Assembly (NCBI GenBank): GCA_950097015.1
Contig: CATNEN010000025.1
Coordinates: 186,001 to 250,000, forward strand
Reading direction: 5' to 3'
Length of the DNA stretch: 64,000 nucleotides
Source: Macrostomum hystrix
Lineage: Eukaryota; Animalia; Platyhelminthes
The notes under the pieces are model-generated. The model had not been told where the DNA came from. It saw only the letters and a list, made by a program, of their open reading frames with translations, and ran no database searches. A program made the position numbers and the translations under genes. Positions within the stretch are counted from its first letter, which is position 1, and each line of letters begins with the position of its first letter. Positions 1 through 13,084 of the stretch are shown here, in pieces.

Positions 1-149
1 AACCGGCGAGTTTTGAGCACTTTACGATGTAAATAACTCGAGGGCCCTAGCAACCAAAGTGCTGGGCATCAAAGTAATATAAGAATATTGTTTGCACTGG
101 ACACTGTACCAGGTGTCACACACAGACTCTAACAGATAAAAAAAATCTG

Positions 150-410
150 ACTCAATTCTGACAAAGACTGACTCACACCTGACAAAGACTGACTCACTCC
201 TGACAAAGACTGACTCAATCCTGACAAAGACTGACTCACTCCTGACAAAGACTGACTCAATCCTGACACATACTGACTCAATCCTGACACATACTGACTA
301 AATCCTGACACATACTGACTAAATCCTGACACATACTGACTCAATCCTGACACATACTGACTCAATCCTGACACATACTGACTCAATCCTGACAAAGACT
401 CACTCAATCG
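150..410. repeat. 21-bp minisatellite (CTGACACATACTGACTCAATC-like)
   Basis: About 12 tandem copies; produces the spurious 7-aa-periodic ORF 129..407. Confidence 0.95.
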
Positions 411-714
411 TGAGACAGTCAGTTTTACTATTTTTACAAATAGTACTGAAGCACTGAATTAGTGTCACTTTTAAAGTGGAAGGGCTTTAGTCGATAAGTA
501 TTTTACACAATGCGATTTAGGCACGCAGTTACTGTCTACCAATAGTATTGCTTTTGAAATCGATATTTTGTCAAGCATGGAGCTTAGAGTAACAAATATT
601 TTCAATTAAATTCTTATTTAAGTTCAGTAGAAATTTTTAGAAGAAAAGTTAATGATTAAGGCTGGAAGGAAGGATAGTGAAAAGAGGTTCAAAAAGCAAA
701 ACTGGAAGAAGAGT

Positions 715-1186
715 AGACGAGGAATGGACGAGGAGCGGATTGAGAGCGGATGAAGAGCGGATGAAGAGCGGATGAAGAGCGGATGAAAAGTGTATGAAGA
801 GCCGATGAAGAGCGGATGAGGAGCGGATGAAGAGCGGATGAAAAGCGGATGAAAAGCGGATGAAGAGCGGATGAAGAGCGGATGAGGAGCGGATGAAGAG
901 CGGACGAAAAGCGGATGAAGAGCGGATGAAAAGTGTATGAAGAGCCGATGAAGAGCGGATGAAGAGCGGATGAAGAGCGGATGAAAAGCGGATGAAGAGT
1001 GTATGAAGAGCCGATGAAGAGCGGATGAAGAGCGGATGAAGAGCGGATGAAAAGCGGATGAAAAGCGGATGAAGAGCGGATGAAGAGCGGATGAGGAGCG
1101 GATGAAGAGCGGATGAGGAGCGGATGAGGAGCGGATGAAGAGTGGATGAGGAGCGGATGAAGAGTGGATGAGGAGCGGATGAAGAG
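715..1186. repeat. 11-bp minisatellite (GAAGAGCGGAT)n
   Basis: About 40 tandem copies with variants; begins about 15 bp past the innexin-1 stop codon. Confidence 0.95.
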
Positions 1187-1200
1187 TGTAACATCGGTTG

Positions 1201-2391
1201 TCAAACTTGGTCGTCACTTTCCCAGTGAGGCGTAGTGGGGAGCGCCTCTGCTGCATCGCTAGCGGAATCAGAGGCGCCGGACACCGTCGCATCCGCATCC
1301 GGCTTCTCGCAGCTGCTGCTTCGACGCCAGAGCGCTTCGCAGATCTCCGCCGCCGATGTCGGGCCGGCATTGCTGTCCACTAGGGACAGAAGGAGGACGC
1401 CGTCCGGTGTGAGCTCATCGGCGAATCGGTCGGCATTTCGGGCACGGCCGCGTATTCGCAGGAGCTTCGCCACGTAGACCCGCCTACCTCGCGGCAGGAG
1501 ACGGCAGCACCAGACCGCCAGGCGGTGACTCGTCAGACAGCCGAGGCCCAGCAGCCAGAACCAGAGCAGCGCGTAGACCTTCTCGTTCAGGCGGTTGATC
1601 TGCAGCACGCATTGCACCGTGTGCCGCTGCTCGTTGCCCAGCACCCGGATGAGGATGTCGCAGTAGGAAACGCGGGGAAAATACCCCGAGGCCTCCCAGT
1701 CTCGGCCCAGGGTCAGGTTCACGGCTAGCGAGAAGCCGTAGGTGACCGTCCTAGTGCCCGCGGTCAAGTAGGCGTTGATGATGAAGAACTGCGCCACGGT
1801 GACGCTGATGTACAACAGCTTCGTGGCAAGGTAGGCTCGGCACAATTGCCAGCCGTGCGGATCCAGCAGCTTCCAGAACTCCGAGCTGGAATCCGATTTG
1901 GCTTTGGCCGCGTCCAACGCTTCCTTGAAATGTCCGGCCACTGCGGCCACATTCTGGCGTCGGGCTCGCCGACCGAGCAGATTGCGACAGTCGGCCGAGA
2001 GACGAAGCGCCCGCTGAAGCCGCAGACCGCGACTCTCCAGACAGCTGGACCAGAACAGGCTGGGCAGCTGGAACATGATAGCCTGACCCAGCAGCAGGAA
2101 GGACACCCACTGATAATACGGCAGCTCTTCAACCCTGCGCTCCGCCAGACTTTCTGGTATCGGCCGGTCGTGAGGCAGGTGATAGGTGTTCATGGCCCAG
2201 CAGGCGCTCTCCGTGTACTCTTTGTGGGCCTCTGTGAACTCCTTCGGCACCCAGCAGCTGATGGGACTGCCCAGGTACTGCCGCTTGCAGGTCACCACCA
2301 CACAGGCCAGCAGCAGCAGGAAGGTGAAGAAGTGATTCAGCCGATCGTTGGACTCGTCGTTGACCTCTTTGGTAAAAACTCCCAATCCCAT
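1201..2391 (-). CDS. inx: Innexin (gap junction/pannexin-family channel), intronless, 396 aa
   Basis: DRLN, RQYLGSPISCWVP, ACW, YYQWV, FPRVSYCD and HTVQCVLQINRLNEKVY motifs; 4 extracellular Cys; 4 hydrophobic segments. Confidence 0.95.
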   Translation of the reverse strand: MGLGVFTKEVNDESNDRLNHFFTFLLLLACVVVTCKRQYLGSPISCWVPKEFTEAHKEYTESACWAMNTYHLPHDRPIPESLAERRVEELPYYQWVSFLLLGQAIMFQLPSLFWSSCLESRGLRLQRALRLSADCRNLLGRRARRQNVAAVAGHFKEALDAAKAKSDSSSEFWKLLDPHGWQLCRAYLATKLLYISVTVAQFFIINAYLTAGTRTVTYGFSLAVNLTLGRDWEASGYFPRVSYCDILIRVLGNEQRHTVQCVLQINRLNEKVYALLWFWLLGLGCLTSHRLAVWCCRLLPRGRRVYVAKLLRIRGRARNADRFADELTPDGVLLLSLVDSNAGPTSAAEICEALWRRSSSCEKPDADATVSGASDSASDAAEALPTTPHWESDDQV

Positions 2392-3394
2392 GGCTAGACT
2401 ATAGAGTCAGTTAAAACTTCAGCTGGGCAATTTGTCTCGATTCAGTTTAGGGTAGTTGCAGCCAACTTAGCTCCTATATACATAGCTTACCGAAGAACGT
2501 TCGCACACAAACGGTGGTCGATATTTAAGTTAGTAGAAAAAGCCAACCACTAAATGTTCTGTCAGTTCTAGCTATTGTGTTTCCGAGACTGTCAGCTGAG
2601 GAGCGGCTGGTTGGTGCAGGTGTTTTCCCTGTTCGCTGCTACCGGCAAATATTTACACACCAGCCTACTGAGTAGTAGGGTGCATAGATTATAATTGCTT
2701 CACTTTTAACTATAGCTGCACACCTCAAATGACTAGAAGTTCACTATTGATTATCGTTAGTTGCTCCTTAATTCTCAGTGTTTTGTTCTTCGTTCCTAAG
2801 TTGGCCACACAGCGTCTTCGATTTTGTTATAATTGAAGAGTTTCTGCAGCCTCCTCGCATCTACCCCCCCTCGTCTTGATCCCTCCAGTGAGGATTTTGC
2901 CCCTTTTTCTGAGAGCACAGGAATTTGTTGGTGGAAGTGTTTTCTCTATCTTCCCATTCCCAAAGAGCCTCGCCTAGCGTGCAATTAGGCACTCATTGGT
3001 GCAAACAAGAAAAATATTTTCCTGGATGTGATTTTCTGATTCTTAAATTTTCCCCACCCCAGACAGAAGGCAGTCAGAGTCATCTTTCTGTAGACCTGAG
3101 AATGAGGCTGGTCGCAGCCAATGAGCGAGAAGCTGTTTATTTTGTCGCGAGTTCCTGAACTATATTCTCAAGCTGTGAAGGCCGATTTAGGACTCAAGCC
3201 TAGTTACAGTTGAGTGGACAGTTGTCTCACTGAAGGAATCTATCTTTTATAGATAGAAGAAAATTAAGAATTGAGAAACTGACTGACTACGAAGCTGCTT
3301 CTAGCGCACAATCACCCGGAATGTCAGTGTGCGAGTAATGTATAGGACGCACAGAACACGGTGAGCACATTGTATTGAGCTGCTCGCACCTAGA

Positions 3395-3790
3395 CTTGTT
3401 GAACTGTAGATGCATAAGTCTTTAGATATGTAGCTTCCCAGGTCTATAGATATGTCGATTTTTCTATGCTTAGATCATCTGTAGATTTGTAGAGATCATA
3501 AAGTAGATCTTTAGATTTTAGATTATATGTAGATCATCTGTAGATTAGCTGTAGATCATCTGTAGATCTGTAGAGATCATTAGTTGATCTTTAGATAATA
3601 GATTAGCTGTAGATCATCAATAGATTATCTGTAGATCAGCTGTAGATGTGTAGATCTGTAGATCATCTGTAGATTCATAGATCTGTTGATTAATATATTT
3701 GTTAGTCTTTAGATCCGTAAATCTGTAGATCGATCGGTAGAAATCACCGTCTTTTTTCTAGAGGTTAGCAATGGATATCTGTAGACCTGA
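3395..3790. repeat. Degenerate TGTAGATC-rich low-complexity tandem repeat
   Basis: Many imperfect copies of (C)TGTAGAT(C). Confidence 0.7.
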
Positions 3791-4669
3791 TCGGAATGCA
3801 TTGATTTTAAGCAGCATTTAGTTTACTTCTGGGAAAAAAAGGAAAAATTTTAACATGAGTACACTTACTGTTAAAGGATTTTCGTACGGGTGATGATACA
3901 TCTTCAGTCTGTGCCCTGATCCCAAAGCCTAGTTCCATTCGACGCTGTGGGCCTCTTCAATCAGTCCTTCTCTCAGTCTCTGACTTTCGAATCAGTCCGT
4001 CGCAAGCTGCCAAGGCTTAGAAGCCTTGCCACCTCCCCCGGTTGACTTCAGAACTCTTGACAGCTCAGTGATCTCTCTTTCTCTCTCCCTCTCTCCCTCT
4101 CTCCCTCTCTCTCTCGTAGTTCCAGTCGCAGTTGCAGTCAACTCTTAAAATTCTCTAGTTACTCAGGTACGTCAAGATACTTGTATTGTGGAGTACACAG
4201 GATAAACAAGTTGTTATGGAGGCTGCGGGTATTGTCGAGTGTCGAGAGGCAAACTGAGGGGATAATATTTAAACTCAGGGGATAATTAGAGGGGATTTTA
4301 TCAATTATTACGAGAGAATTCGGCGTGGGTGACGAATCCGGGATGTGCAACCAGTCCTAATTCACTCGCTCTATCAGTCCCTGCCACCCAGACACAGCCA
4401 CCACTAATCACTGAGGTGTCAGAATTGTGCAAGTGTACTCTACTGGATGGGCTGATATTCATGGGGTAGTGGGCATATATATATATAGATTCGTCAGTTT
4501 AATTTCTTCTTGGCTGAGACTTCATCCAAGGAAGGTCGCCTGATTCGGCAGCGAAGGAAAAGTTATTCAAACTATTCCTGAATACGAGCGTATCTTCCTT
4601 AGGGCCGGTATTTTGCAGCGGTGATGTGAAGGTGAGAGTCTGACACTACCTGAGCTGTGCCATTATGAC

Positions 4670-7212
4670 TGAAACTTCGGACAGGATCTGAAACTTTCGG
4701 ACAGGATCTGAAACTTTCGGACAGGATCTGAAACTTTCGGCCAGGATCCGAAACTTTCAGGGAGGATCTGAAACTTTTGGGAGGATTGGAAACACTCGGG
4801 GAGGGTCTGAAACTTTCGGACAGGATCCGAAACTTTCAGGGAGGATCTGAAACTTTCGGGCAGGATCTGAAACTTTCGGGGAGAATCTGAAACTTTCGGG
4901 GGAGAATCTGAATTATTCAGGAGAATCTGAAACTTTCGAGGGGGATCTGAAACTTTCGGGGAGGATCTGAAACTTTCAGGGAGGATCTAAAACTTTCGGG
5001 GAGAATCTGAAACTTTCGGAGAGGATCTGAAACTTTCAGGGAGGATCTGAAACTTACGGGTTGGATCTGAAACTTTCGGGGCGGAAATTAGAAACTTTCG
5101 GGAGGATCTAAAACTTTCGGGGCGGAAATCAGAAACTTTCGGGAGAATGTGAAACTTCCGGGGAGGATTCGAAACAGTCGGGGAGGGTCTGAAACATTCG
5201 GGAAGAATCTGAAACTTCCGGGGGAGAATCTGAATTATTCGGGAGAATCTGAAACTTTCGGAGAGGATCTGAAACTTTGGGGCAGGATCTGAAACTTTCG
5301 GACAGGATCCGAAACTTTCAGGGAGGATCTGAAACTTTCGGGCAGGATCTGAAACTTTCGGGCAGGATCTGAAACTTTTGGACAGGATCCGAAACTTTCA
5401 GGGAGGATCTGAAACTTTTGGGAGGATTGGAAACAGTCGGGGAGGGTCTGAAACTTTCGGGGGGAGAATCTGAATTATTCGGGAGAATCTGAAACTTTCG
5501 GGGGGAGAATCTGAAACTTTCGGGGAGAATCTGAAACTTTCAGAGAGGATCTGAAACTTTCGGACAGGATCTGAAACTTTCGGCCAGGATCCGAAACTTT
5601 CAGGGAGGATCTGAAACTTTTGGGAGGATTGGAAACAGTCGGGGAGGGTCTGAAACTTTCGGGGAGGATCTGAAACTTTCGGGGAGAATCTGAAACTTTC
5701 GGGGGAGAATCTGAATTATTCGGGAGAATCTGAAACTTTCGGAGAGGATCTGAAACTTTCGGGAAGAATCTGAAACTTTCGGAGAGGATCTAAAACTTTC
5801 GGGGAGAATCTGAAACTTTCGGGGAGGATCTGAAACTTTTGGGGAGGATCTGAAACTGTCAGGGAGGATTTGAAACTTTCGGGGCGGAAATTAGAAACTT
5901 TCGGGAGAACCTGAAACTTTCGGGGAGAATCTGAAACTTTCGGGGAGGATCTGAAACTTTCGGGGAGAATCTGAAACATTCGGGGAGGATCTGAAACTTT
6001 CAGGGAGGATCTGAAACTTACGGGTTGGATCTGAAACTTTCGGGGCGGAAGTTAGAAACTTTCGGGAGGATCTAAAACTTTCGGGGCGGAAATCAGAAAC
6101 TTTCGGGAGAATGTGAAACTTCCGGGGAGGATTGGAAACAGTCGGGGAGGGTCTGAAACATTCGGGAAGAATCTGAAACTTTCGGGGGAGAATCTGAATT
6201 ATTCGGGAGAATCTGAAACTTTCGGAGAGGATCTGAAACTTTCGGGGAGAATCTGAAACTTTCGGGGAGGATCTGAAACTTTCGGGGAGAATCTGAAACA
6301 TTCGGGGAGGATCTGAAACTTTCAGGGAGGATCTGAAACTTACGGGTTGGATCTGAAACTTTCGGGGCGGAAGTTAGAAACTTTCGGGAGGATCTAAAAC
6401 TTTCGGGGCGGAAATCAGAAACTTTCGGGAGAATGTGAAACTTCCGGGGAGGATTGGAAACAGTCGGGGAGGGTCTGAAACATTCGGGAAGAATCTGAAA
6501 CTTTCGGGGGAGAATCTGAATTATTCGGGAGAATCTGAAACTTTCGGAGAGGATCTGAAACTTTCGGGGAGAATCTGAAACTTTCGGGGAGGATCTGAAA
6601 CTTTCGGGGAGAATCTGAAACATTCGGGGAGGATCTGAAACTTTCAGGGAGGATCTGAAACTTACGGGTTGGATCTGAAACTTTCGGGGCGGAAGTTAGA
6701 AACTTTCGGGAGGATCTAAAACTTTCGGGGCGGAAATCAGAAACTTTCGGGAGAATGTGAAACTTCCGGGGAGGATTGGAAACAGTCGGGGAGGGTCTGA
6801 AACATTCGGGAAGAATCTGAAACTTTCGGGGGAGAATCTGAATTATTCGGGAGAATCTGAAACTTTCGGAGAGGATCTGAAACTTTCGGGGAGAATCTGA
6901 AACTTTCGGAGAGGATCTAAAACTTTCGGGGAGAATCTGAAACTTTCGGGGAGGATCTGAAACTTTTGGGGAGGATCTGAAACTGTCAGGGAGGATTTGA
7001 AACTTTCGGGGCGGAAATTAGAAACTTTCGGGAGAACCTGAAACTTTCGGGGCGGAAATTAGAAACTTTCGGGAGAACCTGAAACTTACGGGGAGGATTC
7101 GAAACAGTCGGGGAGGGTCTGAAGCAATCGGGAAGAATCTGAAACTTTCGGGGATAATCTGAAACTTTCGCGGAGAATCAAAATTATTCGGGAGAATCTG
7201 AAACTTTCGGGG
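4670..7212. repeat. ~20-bp satellite (GAAACTTTCGGGGAGGATCT) with ~322-bp higher-order repeat
   Basis: More than 120 monomers; the diagnostic variant ACTTACGGGTTGG recurs at ~5052, 6016, 6337 and 6659. Confidence 0.95.
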
Positions 7213-8365
7213 GACGAGTTCCCACAGAATGAGTCAGTAAATGTATATATTATATGAGGGAAGAAGCAAATTTTGTTATATTTTGTAAAGGTGGGAGCTG
7301 CCCTGTCAGATCGGAGCAAATTCTGACTGAGCTACAGAGAAATAGAAATGAGGCAGGCCGCGCTTCAGCTTGCTCAATTGAGCAAACGCTTGAGCAGGTC
7401 TGAGACGGTGGCCAGTGAAGCGACTCAAAGTTTTCCCCTTTCCCTTTTTCCTCTTAGCTCGGTGGGCTAGTCGAGATCAGCGATTGGGAGGCACGGCTGG
7501 CTACAGTGTTATGATGTCCCAGTCCAGGCTCATCGCTGGAGTGGGGCCAAACCAGGCGGGATACCCGTAGACTGCGGGAAGACCACAAGAGGCTTCGCGT
7601 CGCGGTCCGAGCTACGAGCCCTGCTTTTTTTCAACTCAGGGCGGGGCGGCTAAAAGGGGAAGGCGCCTGAAATTGTCCCAACTGTGGTGCTGGCTTCCCC
7701 TGGGAGATTCTTGGCCTTCACTCCATCCGATTTCATTTTCCATTGCTTCCATGGCGGATGGCACTAATATTAATTGTAAGCGTCAGGTCTCTCATTTGTG
7801 CACGCATTATCGCGCCTCCCGTATTACTCTTTCAGCGAATGAGGTGTCTAATAATTAGAAAGCTGCTAACTGGTACTTTAATGTGGCAGCGGGCCGAACG
7901 TTTTCAATCTCAAATGCCACCTATCCGGCTGTGCCCTTGAAATTCTAGCGTTTGATTACCTTGCGAATTCCCTCAGTTACCCCAGCCGCCTGTCTGTCTC
8001 GCATAAAGGCACCCTGTTTGGCAGCCTTCATAGAACTATAACTGTCCTATGCGTCCTATATGAATGAAATTTGAAGCCGAAGCATACGGATTTGATGAAG
8101 CCAATTATTGTTCGCGTATGGCTTTGGATAGATAAAATGAAAGTAGAGTGCAGCAGAGAGAAATAAATGGCTTACCGCCGATTTTGACCGATGCATCAGA
8201 ATTAAGAGGAAAATTTCATACTTCCACTACTTTCAGTTTCACACTAACTTATCCACAAAAGTGTTCGAACGAAGACGAAACTTAAACAGGCATCAGAACC
8301 GACGATTTTAGTTCCTCGTTCCCAATCTTTAATAAGAGCGTACTACGCTTTGTCAATGGTAAGAG

Positions 8366-8448
8366 TTTTAGTCTATGGTACGACTTTTTCGCACGAGTTG
8401 CCGCACATAGACTAAAACCATAGACTATGGTTTTAGTCTATGGTACGA
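8366..8448. repeat. 37-bp perfect palindrome plus an extra arm copy (possible collapsed MITE)
   Basis: CATAGACTAAAACCATAG-A-CTATGGTTTTAGTCTATG at 8406-8442; TTTTAGTCTATGGTACGA also at 8366. Confidence 0.7.
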
Positions 8449-9949
8449 GTTTTGGGCTAGAGAAAACGAAGTTCTCTCCACAGTCTTATCTCTCCTGTGT
8501 TTTTTAGAATAACCTAATGTAGAACCTCCTGTCTATGGCTAAAACTGGATACGCAGTGCATCGCCCATTACGATTTTATTGTGTTAAAAGTACACAAAGA
8601 GGCAAGCTGGGATGCGTAAGGCCCAAATTGAGAATTTCCAATCAGGCCAAGCAGCGAAATATGGAGGCTGACCCCCCCCCAGAGGGCAGTTATTCAGTTT
8701 CACATGCGATATGGCCTCAGCCAGGAGAATATATAGCAGCTCCCTGGTCGAAACTTGGAGGGCCAGCAAAGGGGCAGATGCTTCTAGGAGGGGAAAGAGC
8801 CCTTCTCTTCTGGCTGCAGAGGAGTTAATTGAATGGCGTGTCCGGCCGCACAGTTACCAGACTGAGGCGATGGCGCTTAAACACCCTATTGACCCTTGTC
8901 TTGCAGCCTCTTCATCTTCAGCCTCCCTGCCCTGCAGACTCGATGCTCTCAGTTGCTCTCCAAATAGGTTTCTTATCGATCGCTCTTGCTGTTTTTGAGA
9001 AACAGGGATGCAACTCTGACCACGGATAAATTAGGATCGACATGTGATGGCCATGCAGTTTTTAGCCGAAAAAAGGAAGCCTTGCTGATTTTCTGCTTTC
9101 GATATCATTGGTATCTGTGATGGTGATCTGTGCCTAGTAAGACTTGGCCTAGTTACAAGAATTGGTTTCCATATAGCTGTCAGTAGTTTAGTCAAGTCGC
9201 ACGTTGTAAAGCATTTTTATTTAAGCTTTTTAGACTAGAAAATTAGTTTTTTAATAAAACTACTGGCGCTTAGACACGGAAATTTAAAGTGGCAGTTTAA
9301 ATCCACAATATTCAATAGGTTGGATACAAGCAGCTTTATCCCATGCAACAATCTGCCGGCAATGATAATCCAAAAACTAACTTCCTCCAGGAAAAAATGA
9401 TGCAGACCAACGCATAAATTATTAAAGCTATTTTAATCAGTCACTGGCGGTTATGACAGCATCATGCAGCGCATTGCTGCATGATGACGGCCTATAGCTA
9501 AATATAACCGTGAAATTATTAAAAAATTGCTTTATTAAATAGAATACTGAAATAGAAGCAGTAATGAGCTGTATGGGAAGCTAATAAAGTTTACGTTTTC
9601 TGTTCGCAGGAACGTGCTCTCCCAAGAATTTACAAGCCCTAAGATGTGAGAATCAGCAATAAGCTGACGAGCTGTCAGTAGGCTGGCGACCTAATTCCGT
9701 CCTGCATGTACACAAGCCACTTATTCGGAAAGCTAGTTTTTAAGGAGCTTCTGGGGTTGTTCAGCATAGAATTTAGTGCATTTGTAAACTATAACTGTTT
9801 GTTTGGGTGGAGGGAGTATAAATTGATAGTTAAAAACTTTCACTAATAAATGCACCGGTTAGATCTAACAGTAAGATTCTATAACTGCTACCTGTTTTAG
9901 ATTACTGTTTATATTAAAATTAATCGTTAGATACTTAAATACTTAATTG

Positions 9950-10640
9950 TTAGATGCTAACATATACATGTTGGGCACGAATTCACACCTGTTAGACACG
10001 AATACTCACATGTTAGACACAAACCTGTTAGACACGAATACTCACATGTTAGACACAAACCTGTTAGACACGAATACTCACATGTTAGACACAAACCTGT
10101 TAGATACGAATACTCACATGTTAGACACAAACCTGTTAGACACGAATACTCACATGTTAGACACAAACCTGTTAGACACGAATACTCACATGTTAGACAC
10201 AAACCTGTTAGACACGAATACTCACATGTTAGACACAAACCTGTTAGACACGAATACTCACATGTTAGACACAAACCTGTTAGACACGAATACTCACATG
10301 TTAGACACAAACCTGTTAGACACGAATACTCACATGTTAGACACAGACCTGTTAGATACGAATAATCAACTGTTAGAAATAAATCGAATACTGTTAGGCA
10401 CAAAGACAAACCTGTTATACATAAAGACACACCTGTTAGACACAAAGACACGCCTGTTAGACACAAATACACACCTGTTAGACACAAATACACACATGTT
10501 ATACATAAAGACACACCTGTTAGACACATAGACACCTGTTATACATAAAGAAATACCTGTTAGACATATAGAGACACCTGTTATACATAAAGACATATCT
10601 GTTATACACATAGTCGAGACACCTCTTAGACACAAAGATA
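9950..10640. repeat. 36-bp minisatellite (21+15 subunits, core TGTTAGACAC)
   Basis: 12-aa-periodic spurious ORFs; decays towards the innexin-2 start. Confidence 0.95.
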
Positions 10641-10716
10641 CCCATATCAGACATTTCCAACCTTCCGCTCATTGATTTCGCACAGAAACTTCGAGCATGT
10701 GACTGGAGCCTTCCCA

Positions 10717-11124
10717 ATGGACACAGCCTTCGTCTCCGGCCTGTCCAAGTTCAAGTTAGACTCGGCACGGCTGCGCAAAGATGACGACTTCTCGGACAGA
10801 ATTTCGCACACCTTCACCACGGCGATCATCGTGGTGTTCTCGCTCATCATCTCCTGCCGGCAGTACATCGGCAAGCCCATCGCCTGCTGGGTGCCCACGG
10901 AGTTCACAAGGGCCCAGGAGGAGTACACTGAGAATGTCTGTTGGATCACTAGCACGTACTTTATCAATCCCGGCAACGTGAATTATCCCAAAGACAATGT
11001 GGAACGCTACCAGCAGAGCATCGGCTATTACCAATGGGTGCCACTGGTCCTGCTCATTCAAGCCTTCCTATTCAACCTGCCCTGCCTCATGTGGCGCCTG
11101 TTCAACTGGCAGTCAGGAATTCAG
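10717..11124 (+). CDS. inx: Innexin 2, coding exon 1 (MDTAFVSG...SGIQ)
   Basis: DDDFSDRISH, RQYIGKPIACWVP, VCW and YYQWVP motifs; donor CAG|GTGAGA at 11125, phase 0. Confidence 0.93.
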
Positions 11125-11569
11125 GTGAGACTCAGTGATCTTTGTTATACACTTTGGGATCTAGGGTATCCAGTCTAAGGGATCTATCCTCATGTCACTA
11201 TTTGACTTTCAAAGCAATAAAATCACAGTGGAGATAAGGAGTTCTATGGGATGCCAGCGAATTCAAGTTGAGCCGCAATCTAAATTAGGCGATCAAAAAG
11301 TAGTTTCAATTGTATGATTTCAAAAATAAAAAAAAACTATGATTAAAGAAAATTACAGTTTGGAGACCAAAATTTAACTTCGATTAGAATATAAAAGCGC
11401 CTAAAATTAAGGGAACAAAGAAAAACGTATTTTAGGGATCAAAAGACCTAAAATACGCTCGTAATTAGGGAATTATTTGTATCCCTAAAATTATCCCGAA
11501 AACTGGGGATCGAATGACTCCATAATAAGGGGATCAATGGACACAACAGTCTAGGAGTAAAGGAAAAAA

Positions 11570-12545
11570 TTGTGGAATCAAAGGTCACTAGAATTGTGGG
11601 ATCAAAGGACACTAGAATTGTGGGATCAAAGGTCACTATAGTTCTGGGGTCAGAGGACACTAGAATTGTGGGATCAAAGGTCACTATAGTTCTGGGGTCA
11701 GAGGACACTAGAATTGTGGGATCAAATGACACTAGAATTGTGGGATCAAAGGACACTAGAATTGTGGGATCAAAGGTCACTAGAATTGTGGGATCAAAGG
11801 ACACTAGAATTGTGGGATCAAAGGTCACTAGAATTGTGGGATCAAAGGTCACTAGAATTGTGGGATCAAAGGACACTAGAATTGTGGGTTAAAAGGACAC
11901 TAGAATTGTGGGATCAAAGGTCACTATAGTTCTGGGGTCAGAGGACACTAGAATTGTGGGATCAAAGGTCACTAGAATTGTGGGATCAAATGACACTAGA
12001 ATTGTGGGATCAAAGGACACTAGAATTGTGGAATCAAAGGACACTAGAATTGTAGGATCAAAGGACACTAGAATTGTGGGATCAAAGGTCACTAGAATTG
12101 TGAGATCAAAGGTCACTAGAATTGTGGAATCAAAGGACACTAGAATTGTAGGATCAAAGGACACTAGAATTGTGGGATCAAAGGTCACTAGAATTGTGGG
12201 AACAAAGGAGACTAGAATTGTAGGATCAAAGGTCACTAGAATTGTGGGATCAAAGATATCTAGAATTGTGGGATCAAAGGTCACTAGAATTGTGGGATCA
12301 AAGGACACTAGAGTTGTAGGATCAAAGGTCACTAGAATTGTTGGATCAAAGGACACTAGAATTGTCGGATCAAAGGTCACTATAGTTCTGGGATCAGAGG
12401 ATACTAGAATTGTAGGATCAAAGGTCACTAGAATTGTTGGATCAAAGGTCACTAGAATTGTGGGATCAAAGGTCACTAGAATTGTGGGATCAAAGGTCAC
12501 TATAGTTCTGGGATCAGAGGACACTAGAATTGTAGGATCAGAGGA
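11570..12545. repeat. 24-bp intronic minisatellite (ACTAGAATTGTGGGATCAAAGGAC)
   Basis: About 40 copies inside the innexin-2 intron. Confidence 0.95.
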
Positions 12546-13084
12546 GCCAATAATTTCTAATTAAAAAAAGATTTTTTTCAATGAGAAGAGAAAAATGACT
12601 GGCATTCAGTACTCGTAAATGTAAAAGCAAAGATTAAAAAGATTAACTTTATTTCGAACCTTTTTAACTGAATTCTGCTGACGAAAAGTACTGGAAAATG
12701 CACTCCAAGCACCCTTAATTTATCGCGTGCTTCAACCGAAAAAGCTCATTGTCACATGGTTTGTTTTTGCCTAGAAATGCCTCGAAATTGATATCATTTA
12801 GCCTTGATGACTGCTCAGTGATGCTAGAAACCTGAGTGAATGCGAATGGCTTCAGCTTATTGACGTCATGCAAACACTGTACACTTATTGCTTGATAATG
12901 CTTGCAAGATACAATACAATAGAGATATAAAATAGATAGAAATTATATACCTGCTGCTTTTGACTGTGAAATGGCTTGGAAAAATTCCGATCGTGTAACT
13001 AATTATAATATTAATATGTACTCTTATTATTACAAACTTCACAAAAATGAATACTTCTAGATCGCTTTACATTATTCCCAGTTC

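Noticed and set aside
129-1204. Long ORFs 129..407, 624..1370, 649..1194 and 689..1204
   Set aside because: Periodic translations of 21-bp and 11-bp minisatellites, not proteins
1198-2397. Antisense ORFs overlapping innexin 1 (and similar ones over innexin 2, RBR, MALSU1 and YR)
   Set aside because: Shadow ORFs of GC-rich coding sequence with no recognisable motifs
3857-4440. 10-bp inverted ends GAGTACACTT/AAGTGTACTC around a CT microsatellite
   Set aside because: Short match without TSD; may be chance
4670-7212. CRISPR-like repeat array
   Set aside because: No unique spacers, no cas genes, eukaryotic context
5716-7319. ORFs in the 20-bp satellite
   Set aside because: Repeat-derived; no coding features
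8518-9157. Possible LTR (TGTAG...TTACA)
   Set aside because: No TSD, no PBS and no associated coding remnant
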